DNA from: Eledone cirrhosa
Lineage: Eukaryota
NCBI GenBank assembly: GCA_964016885.1
Contig: OZ024765.1
Location: forward strand, 12,586,001-12,650,000
Length of the DNA stretch: 64,000 bases
Reading direction: 5' to 3'
In this document: positions 30,442 to 44,451 of the stretch, piece by piece
Position numbering within the stretch: position 1 is the first letter of the stretch
How the letters are laid out: each line of letters begins with the position of its first letter
The notes under the pieces: generated by a model
Databases searched by the model: none
What the model was told of the DNA's origin: nothing
The model's input: the letters and a program-made list of their open reading frames with translations, nothing else
Made by a program: the position numbers and the translations under genes

Positions 30442-31225
30442 TTCTTTATTTACCATAAAGGCATAAAAAGAAGGGACAAATACAAAGGGGGAGTTTACAT
30501 ATAATCGAGTAAAAAGGGTGTAACATGAAAATAATCGAAAATAACCTCAAAAGGGAGGGGACGTGATGGGGGTTGCACACACCCCCGAAAAAGTGTGCAA
30601 TCCTTTGCCCGGGGAGCACATGGAGAAGGTGCTCCCCTCTCCTTTACTTCTTTACCTACAGGATGGTATACAGAGAAGGCCCTTTTACACGAGCCATTCT
30701 CGCCACTATCACCCACCTTTCATAAAACTGCCTGTGGCCAAGCACCTCTCTCTCCATTCTTATCCTTCTTCCGAAGTGATATCGGAAGAAGTAGACCAGA
30801 CTATGGCCAGAGAGGAAGTTGCCTGACCTCAGACCTTTCAATCGTGTCCACCAAACAACCTCTTTCAACATGGCTATTACGCACAGAAAAACCGCCTTTG
30901 CTTCCTTTGTGAAGAGGGGAGGCGGTTTGATTGTCATCACGGACTCGGCGGTCAATTTAATCGGCGCCACCCGCGACAGCAGTCGTTCGGCATAGCCCCA
31001 CAGTTCAGCCACGCCTGGACATTGCACCAATGCGTGCGCAACGGTTTCTTCGTGACGCACGCATCTAGGGCAAATCTTTTTTGAGGGATCCCTGCCCGGG
31101 CGCCCGTGTCTGTAGAGCCTCTCTCGAACGGGTAGAGCCCCCCCGGTAGCACTGCCAGGCCAGTGACTTCTGGAAGTTGTCCATTGGTCCTGGGCCGAAA
31201 GTCCTACCGAACAGGCTGGCCAGTT
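30442..31225 (-). mobile_element. Tx1/L1-clade LINE 3' fragment with CCHC zinc knuckle
   Basis: ALPVRERLYRHG...CPRCVRHEETVAHALVQCPGVAELW, a CX2CX7HX4C motif typical of the L1/Tx1 ORF2 C-terminus. (GATA)n on both sides. Confidence 0.85.
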
Positions 31226-31252
31226 CGATAGATAGACAGATAGATAGATAGA

Positions 31253-31626
31253 TTTCTTTATTAGCCACAAGGGCACAACAAGAAAGGGGACAATACAAAG
31301 ACATGCCGGGGATTTTACATACAGTCGTGTAAAAAATATAAAAACAAACAATTTCAACAATCGAAATCCCCAATAGGGGGGAGGCGCCACAAATGGGTTG
31401 TTTAATACCCCGTCGATAGAACAACCCTCAACTCAAGGAGCGTGTTGTGCAAGTGCTCCTTTCTTCCTTTTGCTCTCTTCCTCAACCTACAGGCTTATAA
31501 ACAGAGAAGGCCCAATCACTCGGGCCATTTTCGCTTCATTCACCCACCTTTCAGTAAATTTACTGGGGTGCAGTGCCTCTCTCTCCACCCTGATTCTCCT
31601 TCTAAAGTGATACTTAAAGAATGGAA
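31253..31626 (-). mobile_element. Tx1/L1-clade LINE short 3' fragment
   Basis: FFKYHFRRRIRVEREALHPSKFTERWVNEAKMARVIGPSLFISL, with 3' end CCTTGTGGCTAATAAAGAAA into (TATC)n. Confidence 0.8.
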
Positions 31627-31759
31627 TAGATAGATAGACAGATAGATATCTTTCGTCATTTGCTACAAGGGCGTACAAGAATTGGGACATTACAAGACGT
31701 GACGGCAGGGGGGTTTACATGAAAATCATATAACTTTAACATTAATAAATAACAATAAA

Positions 31760-32535
31760 CTATAGATAGACAGAGAGACAGATAAATATAGATAGATAGA
31801 TAGAGACAGAGAGAAGAGAGAGAGAGAGTGAAAGAGAGAGGGGGAGGGGGGAGGGAGAGAGAGAGTGTGAGAAACAGAAAGACAGGTAGCCAGATAGAAG
31901 GAGATAGATGTTGGGGGAAGGGAGCGGAGCAAGGGAATGTGAGGGCTGGAAGGAAGGAAGGTAGGAAGCAAAGAAGGAAGGAAAGAAAGAAGCAAGGAAG
32001 CAAAGAAGGAAGGAAGGCTTTATAAGAATAGCAAGGTTTTTGATGATGACTAACAGACACATACACACACAGACACACACAGGCACACACAGACACACAG
32101 AGGCACACAGACACACACAGACACACACAGACACACACAGACACACAGAGGCACACACACAGACACACACACAGGCACACACATACCCACAAACACACAC
32201 ACACACAGGCACACACAGGCACGCCGACACACACAGACACACAGGCACACACATACACACAAACACACACATACACACAAACACACACACACACACACAG
32301 ACACACACAGGTATGCCCTTGAGGAGAGGGAGGGGGAGAATAGTAGAAGGTGAAAATAAGTAAAAGGAAGGATGGAGGGAGGGGGGGGGGGTTGCAGGTG
32401 AGAAGGAGGGTGAATCTGGAAGACAAAGAAGAGGGTGAGGAAAGAGAGGAAGACGAGGAAGAAGAAGACGGGGGAGGAGGAGGAGAAGGAAGAAGGAGGA
32501 AGAAGGAGGAAGAAGGAGGAAGAAGGAGGAGAACT
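31760..32535. repeat. Low-complexity GA-rich and CA-rich tracts
   Basis: (GA)n, (GGAA)n, (CACACAGA)n and (GGA)n runs. Confidence 0.9.
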
Positions 32536-32734
32536 ACCCCCCCCCTCCAATATAAAGTATTTGTGACCTGATTCAGATGATAATGTTACATAAGAATAAG
32601 TAAGACAAGAGAGAAGGTGGTTTCAGGGGCTGGCTTCACAACCCACTCATGGTTCTGGGGGTTCAATCCTATTGCATGGCACCTTGGGCAAGAAGTGTCT
32701 TCTGCTATAGACACGGGTTGACCTATAACTTTTT

Positions 32735-33180
32735 GTGGCATAGAGTTACTTCCTTTTACATATTGAGTTCAAATCCCACCAAAGTTTCATTTTCATTTTT
32801 TGCTTTTCATCTTTACAAGGTCCATAAAATAAAGTACCAGTAACATACAGGAGTTAATTTAATCAACTTTCCCTTCCCCCCAAATTGCTGGCCTTGTGCC
32901 TATATAAGAAATCATTATAATGGTGAACTTGAAGGCGGTAGATTGGCAGGTTAACTTTGCCTTTCATCCTTACGGGGGTCAATAAAATAAAGAACCAGTC
33001 ATGCACTGGGATCGATTTAATTGCCCCCCCCTCTCCCCCCCAAATTACTGGCTTTATACCTGTACTAGAAATCATTATTATGGTGAACTTTGCCTTTCAT
33101 CCTTACGAGGTCGATAAAATAAATTACCAGTAATACACTGGGATAATTGCTGGCCTTGTGCCAAAAGTAGAAACAAATAT
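32735..33180 (+). mobile_element. Cluster of three partial SINE family A copies
   Basis: Three repeats of TTTCATC(C)TT..ATAAAATAAA..ACCAGT..GCTGGC(C)TT. Confidence 0.7.
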
Positions 33181-33666
33181 TAATGTGTTTTATGACTAGG
33201 CTATCTCATAACTACCCTTTGTAGAAGTGTCAAACTTATTGCTCACGCTAAAAATATAGATTGCTTGCCTGGTGTGAGAATATTTGGTAACAATTGGTCA
33301 CAGCTATACAACTATGTGGTAACAGGAACAAAGTTTAAAGAACATGAGGCACAATATAACCAGTGACTGATAAATCATGCTAGATGGTGAATGACTGAAA
33401 GCTATGAGAATTTCAGACTGACTGACTCTTAACATCCTGTAAAAGTTCTCAAACTTTTTTGGTCACTGCTCCACTTATGGTCACGTACACCCTCAGCCCA
33501 CCCTATTTCCAGAAAGATCTGCCTACATGCAAATTGTAAATAATATATGATAAATAAAATTGTAAATTTAAATTTAAATAAATATTATATTCTTTTTATT
33601 TTATTATATTTATATATATATAATATGTATCATTTGATATTTAATACACTATTTTATATCATCATA

Positions 33667-33920
33667 AAGCAAGACACTTTATTTCACACTGCTCCAGTTT
33701 ACTCAGCTGTAGAAATGAGATGATAGGAACTGGGGGTCCATGTCATTCCACTGCAAAGTGGTCGCGGAGGTGCCACGGCAAAAAAGCACCCAGCACTCAC
33801 TGTAAATGAGGTTGGTGTTAGGAAGGGCATCCAGTTGTAGAAATCAAGCCAGAATCAGTTCCCGTCCCACCCTTGCAAGCAGGGAAAAGCGGACGTAAAA
33901 TGATGATGATGATGATGATA
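33667..33920 (+). mobile_element. SINE family B, 5'-truncated
   Basis: GCAAGACACTTTATTTCAC...GGTGTTAGGAAGGGCATCCAG...CCCACCCTTGCAAGCAGGGAAAAGCGGACGTAAAA(TGA)n. Confidence 0.8.
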
Positions 33921-34050
33921 ATGATATCCAATCATCATCGGTTAGACGGTTTTGTTCCATTTGATGTAGGATTGGTCGGGAGACCGAGTCTCGCTCGTAC
34001 GGAAGTGTCAGTGGCAGTTTTTCTACGGCTGGATGCCCTTCCTAACACCA

Positions 34051-36010
34051 ACCACCTTACAGTGTGGACTGGGAGCCTTTTTACCGTGTCTCCTACACAA
34101 CCACCTTACAGTGTGGACTGGAAGCCTTTTTACCGTGTCTCCTACACGACGACCATACAGTGTGAACTGGAAGCCTTTTTACCGTGTCTCCTACACGACC
34201 ACCTTACAGCGTGGACTGGGAGCCTTTTTACCGTGTCTCCTACACAACCACCTTACAGTGTGGACAGGGAGCCTTTTTACCGTGTCTCCTACACGACCAC
34301 CTTACAGTGTGGACTGGGAGCCTTTTTACTGTGTCTCCTACACGACCACCTTACAGTGTGGACTGGGAGCCTTTTTACCGTGTCTCCTACACGACCACCT
34401 TACAGTGTGGACAGGGAGCCTTTTTACCGTGTCTCCTACACGACCACCTTACAGTGTGGACTGGGAGCCTTTTTACCGTGTCTCCTACACGAACACCTTA
34501 CAGTGTGGACTGGGAGCCTTTTTACCATGTCTCCTACACGACCACCTTACAGTGTGGACTGGGAGCCTTTTTACCGTGTCTCCTACACGACCACTTTACA
34601 GTGTGGACTGGGAGCCTTTTTACCATGTCTCCTACACGACCACCTTACAGTGTAGACTGGGAGCCTTTTTACCATGTCTCCTACACGACCACCTTACAGT
34701 GTGGACTGGGAGCCTTTTTACCGTGTCTCCTACACGACCACCTTACAGTGTGGACTGGGAGCCTGTTTACCGTGTCTCCTACACGACCACCTTACAGTGT
34801 GGACTGGGAGCCTTTTTGCCGTGTCTCCTACACGACCACCTTACAGTGTGGACTGGGAGCCTTTTTACTGTGTCTCCTACATGACCACCTTACAGTGTGG
34901 ACTGGGAGCCTTTTTACCGTGTCTCCTACACGACCACCTTACAGTGTGGACTGGGAGCCTTTTTACCGTGTCTCCTACACGACCACCTTACAGTGTGGAC
35001 TGGGAGCCTTTTTACTGTGTCTCTTACACGACAACCTTACAGTGTGGACTGGGAGCCTTTTTACCGTGTCTCTTACACGACCTCTTTACAGTGTAGACTG
35101 GGAGCCTTTTTACCATGTCTCCTACACGACCACCTTACAGTGCGGACTGGAAGCCTTTTTACCATGTCTCCTACACGACTACTTTACAGTGTGGACTGGG
35201 AGCCTTTTTGCCGTGTCTCCTACACGACTACTCTACAGTGTGGACTGGGAGCCTTTTTGCCGTGTCTCCTACACGACTACCTTACAGTGTGGACTGGGAG
35301 CCTTTTTGCCGTGTCTCCTACACGACTACCTTACAGTGTGGACTGGGAGCCTTTTTACCATGTCTCCTACACGACCACCTTACAGTATGGACTGGGAGCC
35401 TTTTTACCGTGTCTCCTACACGACCACCTTACAGTGTGGACTGGGAGCCTTTTTACCATGTCTCCTACACGACCACCTTACAGTGTAGACTGGGAGCCTT
35501 TTTACCATGTCTCCTACACGACCACCTTACAGTGTGGACTGGGAGCCTTTTTACCGTGTCTCCTACACGACCACCTTACAGTGTGGACTGGGAGCCTGTT
35601 TACCGTGTCTCCTACACGACCACCTTACAGTGTGGACTGGGAGCCTTTTTGCCGTGTCTCCTACACGACCACCTTACAGTGTGGACTGGGAGCCTTTTTA
35701 CTGTGTCTCCTACATGACCACCTTACAGTGTGGACTGGGAGCCTTTTTACCGTGTCTCCTACACGACCACCTTACAGTGTGGACTGGGAGCCTTTTTACC
35801 GTGTCTCCTACACGACCACCTTACAGTGTGGACTGGGAGCCTTTTTACTGTGTCTCTTACACGACAACCTTACAGTGTGGACTGGGAGCCTTTTTACCGT
35901 GTCTCCTACACGACCACTTTACAGTGTGGACTGGGAGCCTTTTTACCGTGTCTCTTACACGACCACCTTACAGTGTGGACTGGGAGCCTTTTTACCGTGT
36001 CTCCTACACA
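34051..36010. repeat. 49-bp minisatellite, about 40 copies, expanded inside a SINE B-type element
   Basis: Unit ACCACCTTACAGTGTGGACTGGGAGCCTTTTTACCGTGTCTCCTACACG, directly continuing the SINE segment 33932-34050 (GGCTGGATGCCCTTCCTAACACCA). Confidence 0.95.
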
Positions 36011-36334
36011 GTAGACGGAAATGGGAGGATGGGGTAGGGTGCGTGAGGTGTATATTGGGTTAAGAGGTGCCTACTGACTGTAAGTTTTCTTACAATTCGA
36101 CCAATTTGCCACTATCTATCAAGGCATACTCAATTTCTAATAACGGCTATAGTAGAAAGCCTTAGAGTATATGTCCACAGTTGGTTTGATTTAATGTCTT
36201 ACCATTCTCTACAACCTTGGTCTTCTCTACTTCTCACCTATTTGCGTGTGGCGCGCATTTTATTTTCAATGTCTGTGAGTGACATACTTAAATGTTATTT
36301 TTACTCTTGTCACTAGTTGGGTCATTAAATATAA

Positions 36335-37600
<1,266 letters not shown>

Positions 37601-37849
37601 AGTAAGTAAGTAAGTAAGTAAGACCTACAGAAGCAAAGCTGTGAATTCTAAACATGGCCCCCCTTGTGTAATTATGGAATCACAACTACAGCTTGAATTA
37701 TGCGAGAAACAACAACAACAAGAAAAACATCTGAAATGTCAAAACTTTCCTGATCTGTGGAAGATAGCTACATTTTGACAGATACACCATCCACTATCAA
37801 CACCTTCCACATAGACATTATAACCATCACTATTTAACACCCTCTCTAA

Positions 37850-38040
37850 GGGTGGTGGATTGGCAGTATCGGTAGAGGCTCAGACGCCATGCTTTCCAGC
37901 ATAGTTACGTCCCTTTACGATTTGAGTTCAAATCCCGCCAAGGTTGACTTTGCCTTTCATCCTTACGGGGTCGATATAAAATAAAGTACCAGTAATGCAC
38001 TGGGGTAATTGCTGGCCTTGTGCCTAAAAGTAGAAACAAC
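37850..38040 (+). mobile_element. tRNA-derived SINE, family A
   Basis: Full unit nearly identical to 23601-23790. Confidence 0.8.
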
Positions 38041-38100
38041 TATTTAACACCTTCTCCCCACATCAGTTCCTCCATCACCGCCCTCATGGCTGTCAGCTAT

Positions 38101-38143
<43 letters not shown>

Positions 38144-38209
38144 CACACACCAATCACACCAATCACAAGGACAATAAGAGCAACAGCAACAGCAGCTACA
38201 ACAATCACT

Positions 38210-38915
38210 ACTGCCGCCATCACCACCACCACCACCACCATCACTACCATCGCTACCATCATCAACCGCCATCACCATTGCCACCACTTCTCCCCCCCCT
38301 CCTCTCCTCACCCACTATCATCACCACCACCACCAATACCACCACCACCATCAAACCCATCACCATTGCCATCACCGTCACCACCACCATCACCACCACA
38401 ACCCCATCATCAACCCTATCACCACCACCACCACCAAATCCATCACCATTGCCACCACCAATACCACCACCACCATCAAACCCATCACCATTGCCATCAC
38501 CATCAGCACCACCACCACCGCCAACATCACCATCAACACCACCACCATCACTACCACAGCCACAATCACCAGCACTACCACCGCCACCACCACTACTACC
38601 ACCACCACCAGCACTACCACTACCACTACCACCACCACCACCACCACTACCACTACCACCACCACAACCACCACCACCACCGCCAATACCACCACAACCA
38701 CAACAACCACCATTGTCAACACCTTCAGCGCCGCCATCCCCACCACTGCTGCCTGCCAGTCAGGGACACAGGCTACAATAACAACTACAACAACAGTAGC
38801 AACAACAATAGCCAAGGCCACACTGACTACCACCACCACCACCACCACCACACCACCACACCACCACCACCATCATTGTCATTGCAACTGTCAACACCAC
38901 TACTACCAATACTAA
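38210..38915. repeat. (CAC/CCA)n low-complexity trinucleotide tract
   Basis: Poly-Pro, poly-His and poly-Thr readings in all frames indicate a simple repeat. Confidence 0.9.
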
Positions 38916-38919
38916 CATA

Positions 38920-39012
<93 letters not shown>

Positions 39013-39013
<1 letters not shown>

Positions 39014-39421
39014 GTAGGAGGTGAGTTTTATTGTAGTACAATAAAGCAATGCAGATATCGGATAAGAAGCACTCTACAGTTTGTAGGACTGGAGTATATA
39101 TAATATATAAGAACAAAAGATGGTTAAAGGAGTTCCATGTATTTTATTATGCGCATTTCAAAAACAAACATCATCATGCAATAATATTTGTGTTTTCATC
39201 AGATAAAACAGGAGAACATGATATGAAGGCTAAAAAACACTTGTGGATAGTGCAGTTTTATATGTTGATTTAAAACTGCACTATCCACAAGTGTTTTTTA
39301 GCCTTCATATCATGTTCTCCTATTTTATCTGATGAAAACACAAATATTATTGCATGATGATGTTTGTTTTTGAAATGCGCATAATAAAATACATGGAACT
39401 CCTTTAACCATCTTTTGATCT

Positions 39422-39428
<7 letters not shown>
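39013..39428 (-). mobile_element. Fold-back hammerhead element, family H3, in (TA)n
   Basis: About 160-bp inverted arms centred near 39265, one hammerhead per arm (39140-39210 minus, 39321-39391 plus). Related copy at 46624-47003. Confidence 0.75.
39321..39391 (+). ncRNA. Type I hammerhead ribozyme (H3)
   Basis: TATTTTAT-CTGATGA-[AAAC ACAAATATTATT GCAT GATGATGTTTGT TTTT]-GAAA-TGCGCA-TA-ATAAAATA. 8-bp stem I, long stem II, palindromic stem III ATGCGCAT. Confidence 0.8.
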
Positions 39429-39488
<60 letters not shown>

Positions 39489-39494
<6 letters not shown>

Positions 39495-39892
39495 ATATTA
39501 ATAAATGGAAACTATATTTATAAAACCATAATTATTTTATTATACATATTTCAAGGGCAACTAAGGCAAATTTTGGTGCGCTTTCATCAGATAAAATACA
39601 AATTTGTTTTATAAATATTGACATACCCGCATAAAGACAACCTTAACGGTTGAGGTTGTCTTTATGCGGGTATGTCAATATTTATAAAACAAATTTGTAT
39701 TTTATCTGATGAAAGCGCACCAAAATTTGCCTTGGTTGCCCTTGAAATATGTATAATAAAATAATTATGGTTTTATAAATATAGTTTCCATTTATTAATA
39801 TATTGAATATTTACTCCACTAAGCTGTTGAGTGCTTTATATCAGTTATAAAAAATGTTAAGCTTGTTGAATCCCAACAAATTAAATATAACG

Positions 39893-39897
<5 letters not shown>
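39489..39897 (+). mobile_element. Fold-back hammerhead element, family H4, in (TA)n
   Basis: Near-perfect palindrome 39489-39808 centred at 39648, then tail with CTGTTGAGTGC. Hammerheads at 39533-39598 (minus) and 39698-39763 (plus). Confidence 0.75.
39698..39763 (+). ncRNA. Type I hammerhead ribozyme (H4)
   Basis: TATTTTAT-CTGATGA-[AAG C GCA CCAA aatttgcc TTGG T TGC C CTT]-GAAA-TATGTA-TA-ATAAAATA. Stem I extends past an internal loop as TATTTATAAAAC/GTTTTATAAATA. Confidence 0.8.
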
Positions 39898-39940
<43 letters not shown>

Positions 39941-39942
<2 letters not shown>

Positions 39943-40266
39943 AAAAAGTATGACCCCGACGGCAGAGCTCAAGCCGTTTCGACGGCTATTTCTGGATTAA
40001 ATTAGAATTTTTAGCCTGGTAAATAAATAGTCGAACTTGTCAAGGGGTACTTGACAATTACAATCTTCCCATATAAGGAAGTACCCCTTGACAAGTTATT
40101 TATTTAGCAGGCTAAAAAGTCTAATTTAGTCTAGAAATAGCCGTCGAAACGGCTTGAGCTCTGCCGTCGGGGTCATACTTTTTCCTATTGCCCACTCTAC
40201 TCCCCTAAGTATTGAGTACTCTGGTGCGTTATGGTCCATCTGGTTCCTTACCACATTTCCTTTGTT
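39941..40266 (+). mobile_element. Fold-back hammerhead element, family H2 (most complete copy), in (TA)n
   Basis: Inverted arms, both reaching the ribozyme core, then tail TATTGAGTACTCTGGTGCGTTATGGTCCATCTGGTTCCTTACCAC. Confidence 0.75.
39953..40048 (-). ncRNA. Type I hammerhead ribozyme, U3-A8 core variant (H2)
   Basis: Minus strand ACCCC-TTGACAA-G TT CGACTATTT...AAATAGCCG T C-GAAA-CGGC(TTGAGCTCT)GCCG-TC-GGGGT, GUC triplet. The plus-strand twin at 40083-40173 has a 5-nt deletion in stem II. Confidence 0.7.
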
Positions 40267-40307
40267 ATATATATATATATATATATATGTTGATACAAAT
40301 GGCTTAA

Positions 40308-43300
40308 CCACCATCACCACCACAACCATCACCATCACCACCACAACTACCGCCACAACCATCACCATCACCACCACAACTACCGCCACAACCATCACCA
40401 TCACCACCACAACTACCGCTACAACCATCACCATCACCACCACAACCATCACCATCACCACCACAACTACCGCCACAATCATCACCATCACCACCACAAC
40501 TACCGCCACAACCATCACCATCACCACCACAACTACCGCCACAACCATCACCATCACCACCACAACTACCGCCACAACCATCACCATCACCACCACAACT
40601 ACCGCCACAACCATCACCATCACCACCACAACTACCGCCACAACCATCACCATCACCACCACAACTACCGCCACAACCATCACCATCACCACCACAACTA
40701 CCGCCACAACCATCACCATCACCACCACAACTACCGCCACAACCATCACCATCACCACCACAACTACCGCCACAACCATCACCATCACCACCACAACTAC
40801 CGCCACAACCATCACCATCACCACCACAACTACCGCCACAACCATCACCACCACAACTACCGCCACAACCATCACCCTCACCACCACAACTACCGCCACA
40901 ACCATCACCATCACCACCACAACTACCGCCACAACCATCACCATCACCATCACCACCACAACTACCGCCACAACCATCACCATCACCACCACAACTACCG
41001 CCACAACCATCACCATCACCACCACAACTACCGCCACAACCATCACCATCACCACCACAACTACCGCCACAACCATCACCATCACCACCACAACTACCGC
41101 CACAACCATCACCATCACCACCACAACTACCGCCACAACCATCACCCTCACCACCACAACTACCGCCACAACCATCACCATCACCACCACAACTACCGCC
41201 ACAACCATCACCATCACCACCACAACTACCGCCACAACCATCACCATCACCACCACAACTACCGCCACAACCATCACCATCACCACCACAACTACCGCCA
41301 CAACCATCACCATCACCACCACAACTACCGCCACAACCATCACCATCACCACCACAACTACCGCCACAACCATCACCATCACCACCACAACTACCGCCAC
41401 AACCATCACCATCACCACCACAACTACCGCCACAACCATCACCATCACCACCACAACTACCGCCACAACCATCACCATCACCACCACAACTACCGCCACA
41501 ACCATCACCATCACCACCACAACTACCGCCACAACCATCACCATCACCACCACAACTACCACCACAACCATCACCATCACCACCACAACTACCGCCACAA
41601 CCATCACCATCACCACCACAACTACCGCCACAACCATCACCATCACCACCACAACTACCGCCACAACCATCACCATCACCACCACAACTACCGCCACAAC
41701 CATCACCATCACCACCACAACTACCGCCACAACCATCACCATCACCACCACAACTACCGCCACAACCATCACCATCACCACCACAACTACCGCCACAACC
41801 ATCACCATCACCACCACAACTACCGCCACAACCATCACCATCACCACCACAACTACCGCCACAACCATCACCATCACCACCACAACTACCGCCACAACCA
41901 TCACCATCACCACCACAACTACCGCCACAACCATCACCACCACAACTACCGCCACAACCATCACCCTCACCACCACAACTACCGCCACAACCATCACCAT
42001 CACCACCACAACTACCGCCACAACCATCACCATCACCACCACAACTACCGCCACAACCATCACCATCACCACCACAACTACCGCCACAACCATCACCATC
42101 ACCACCACAACTACCGCCACAACCATCACCATCACCACCACAACTACCGCCACAACCATCACCATCACCACCACAACTACCGCCACAACCATCACCATCA
42201 CCACCACAACTACCGCCACAACCATCACCATCACCACCACAACTACCGCTACAACCATCACCACCACAACTACCGCCATAACCATCACCATCACCACCAC
42301 AACTACCGCTACAACCATCACCACCACAACTACCGCCACAACCATCACCATCACCACCACAACTACCGCCACAACCATCACCATCACCACCACAACTACC
42401 GCCACAACCATCACCATCACCACCAAAACTACCGCCACAACCATCACCATCACCACCACAACTACCGCCACAACCATCACCATCACCACCACAACTACCG
42501 CCACAACCATCACCATCACCACCACAACTACCACCACAACCATCACCATCACCACCACAACTACCGCCACAACCATCACCATCACCACCACAACTACCGC
42601 CACAACCATCACCATCACCACCACAACTACCGCCACAACCATCACCATCACCACCACAACTACCACCACAACCATCACCATCACCACCACAACTACCGCC
42701 ACAACCATCACCATCACCACCACAACTACCGCCACAACCATCACCATCACCACCACAACTACCGCCACAACCATCACCATCACCACCACAACTACCGCCA
42801 CAACCATCACCATCACCACCACAACTACCGCCACAACCATCACCATCACCACCACAACTACCACCACAACCATCACCATCACCACCACAACTACCGCCAC
42901 AACGATCACCATCACCACCACAACTACCGCCACAACCATCACCATCACCACCACAACTACCGCCACAACCATCACCATCACCACCACAACTACCGCCACA
43001 ACCATCACCATCACCACCACAACTACCGCCACAACCATCACCATCACCACCACAACTACCGCCACAACCATCACCATCACCACCACAACTACCGCCACAA
43101 CCATCACCATCACCACCACAACTACCGCCACAACCATCACCATCACCACCACAACTACCGCCACAACCATCACCATCACCACCACAACTACCACCACAAC
43201 CATCACCATCACCACCACAACTACCGCCACAACCATCACCATCACCACCACAACTACCGCCACAACCATCACCATCACCACCACAACTACCACCACAACC

Positions 43301-44236
43301 ATCACCATCACCACCACAACTACCGCCACAACCATCACCATCACCACCACAACTACCGCCACAACCATCACCATCACCACCACAACTACCGCCACAACCA
43401 TCACCATCACCACCACAACTACCGCCACAACCATCACCATCACCACCACAACTACCGCCACAACCATCACCATCACCACCACAACTACCGCCACAACCAT
43501 CACCATCACCACCACAACTACCGCCACAACCATCACCATCACCACCACAACTACCGCCACAACCATCACCATCACCACCACAACTACCGCCACAACCATC
43601 ACCATCACCACCACAACTACCGCCACAACCATCACCATCACCACCACAACTACCGCCACAACCATCACCATCACCACCACAACTACCGCCACAACCATCA
43701 CCATCACCACCACAACTACCGCCACAACCATCACCATCACCACCACAACTACCGCCACAACCATCACCATCACCACCACAACTACCGCCACAACCATCAC
43801 CATCACCACCACAACTACCACCACAACCATCACCATCACCACCACAACTACAGCCACAACCATCACCATCACCACCACAACTACCGCCACAACCATCACC
43901 ATCACCACCACAACTACCGCCACAACCATCACCATCACCACCACAACTACCGCCACAACCATCACCATCACCACCACAACTACCGCCACAACCATCACCA
44001 TCACCACCACAACTACCGCCACAACCATCACCATCACCACCACAACTACCGCCACAACCATCACCATCACCACCACAACTACCGCCACAACCATCACCAT
44101 CACCACCACAACTACCGCCACAACCATCACCATCACCACCACAACTACCGCCACAACCATCACCATCACCACCACAACTACCGCCACAACCATCACCATC
44201 ACCACCACAACTACCGCCACAACCATCACCATCACA
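40308..44236. repeat. 33-bp minisatellite, about 119 copies
   Basis: Unit ACCACCACAACTACCGCCACAACCATCACCATC, highly homogeneous, with occasional 27-bp units. Confidence 0.97.
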
Positions 44237-44451
44237 CATGACCTCAGCAACCTCTGCCCCACAAGGCCAGAAAGAGACAGACCACCCACCATTACCTCAA
44301 TGGCCAAGAAGACTCACACAGAAATGTGGAGCCTTATGGACTCCCGAAAACCATGATGAATTAAAGACAATGATCGTACATGTGGTGGGGGCCAGTATAA
44401 AACTAACCCTTAAGGAATATATATATATATTTTTGACATAAACAATTATAT

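Noticed and set aside
33873-36063. Overlapping repetitive ORFs and a CRISPR-like appearance
   Set aside because: Contiguous 49-bp tandem units with no unique spacers and no cas genes, in a eukaryotic context.
38020-39103. Pro-rich and His-rich ORFs
   Set aside because: They begin in a SINE tail, cross CA and TA microsatellites and consist of (CCA)n low complexity.
40126-44356. 1300-1400 aa mucin-like, Gly/Cys-rich and Val-rich ORFs
   Set aside because: Pure 33-bp repeat open on both strands. The plus ORF starts inside an H2 element and crosses a TA tract, with no signal peptide or domain.
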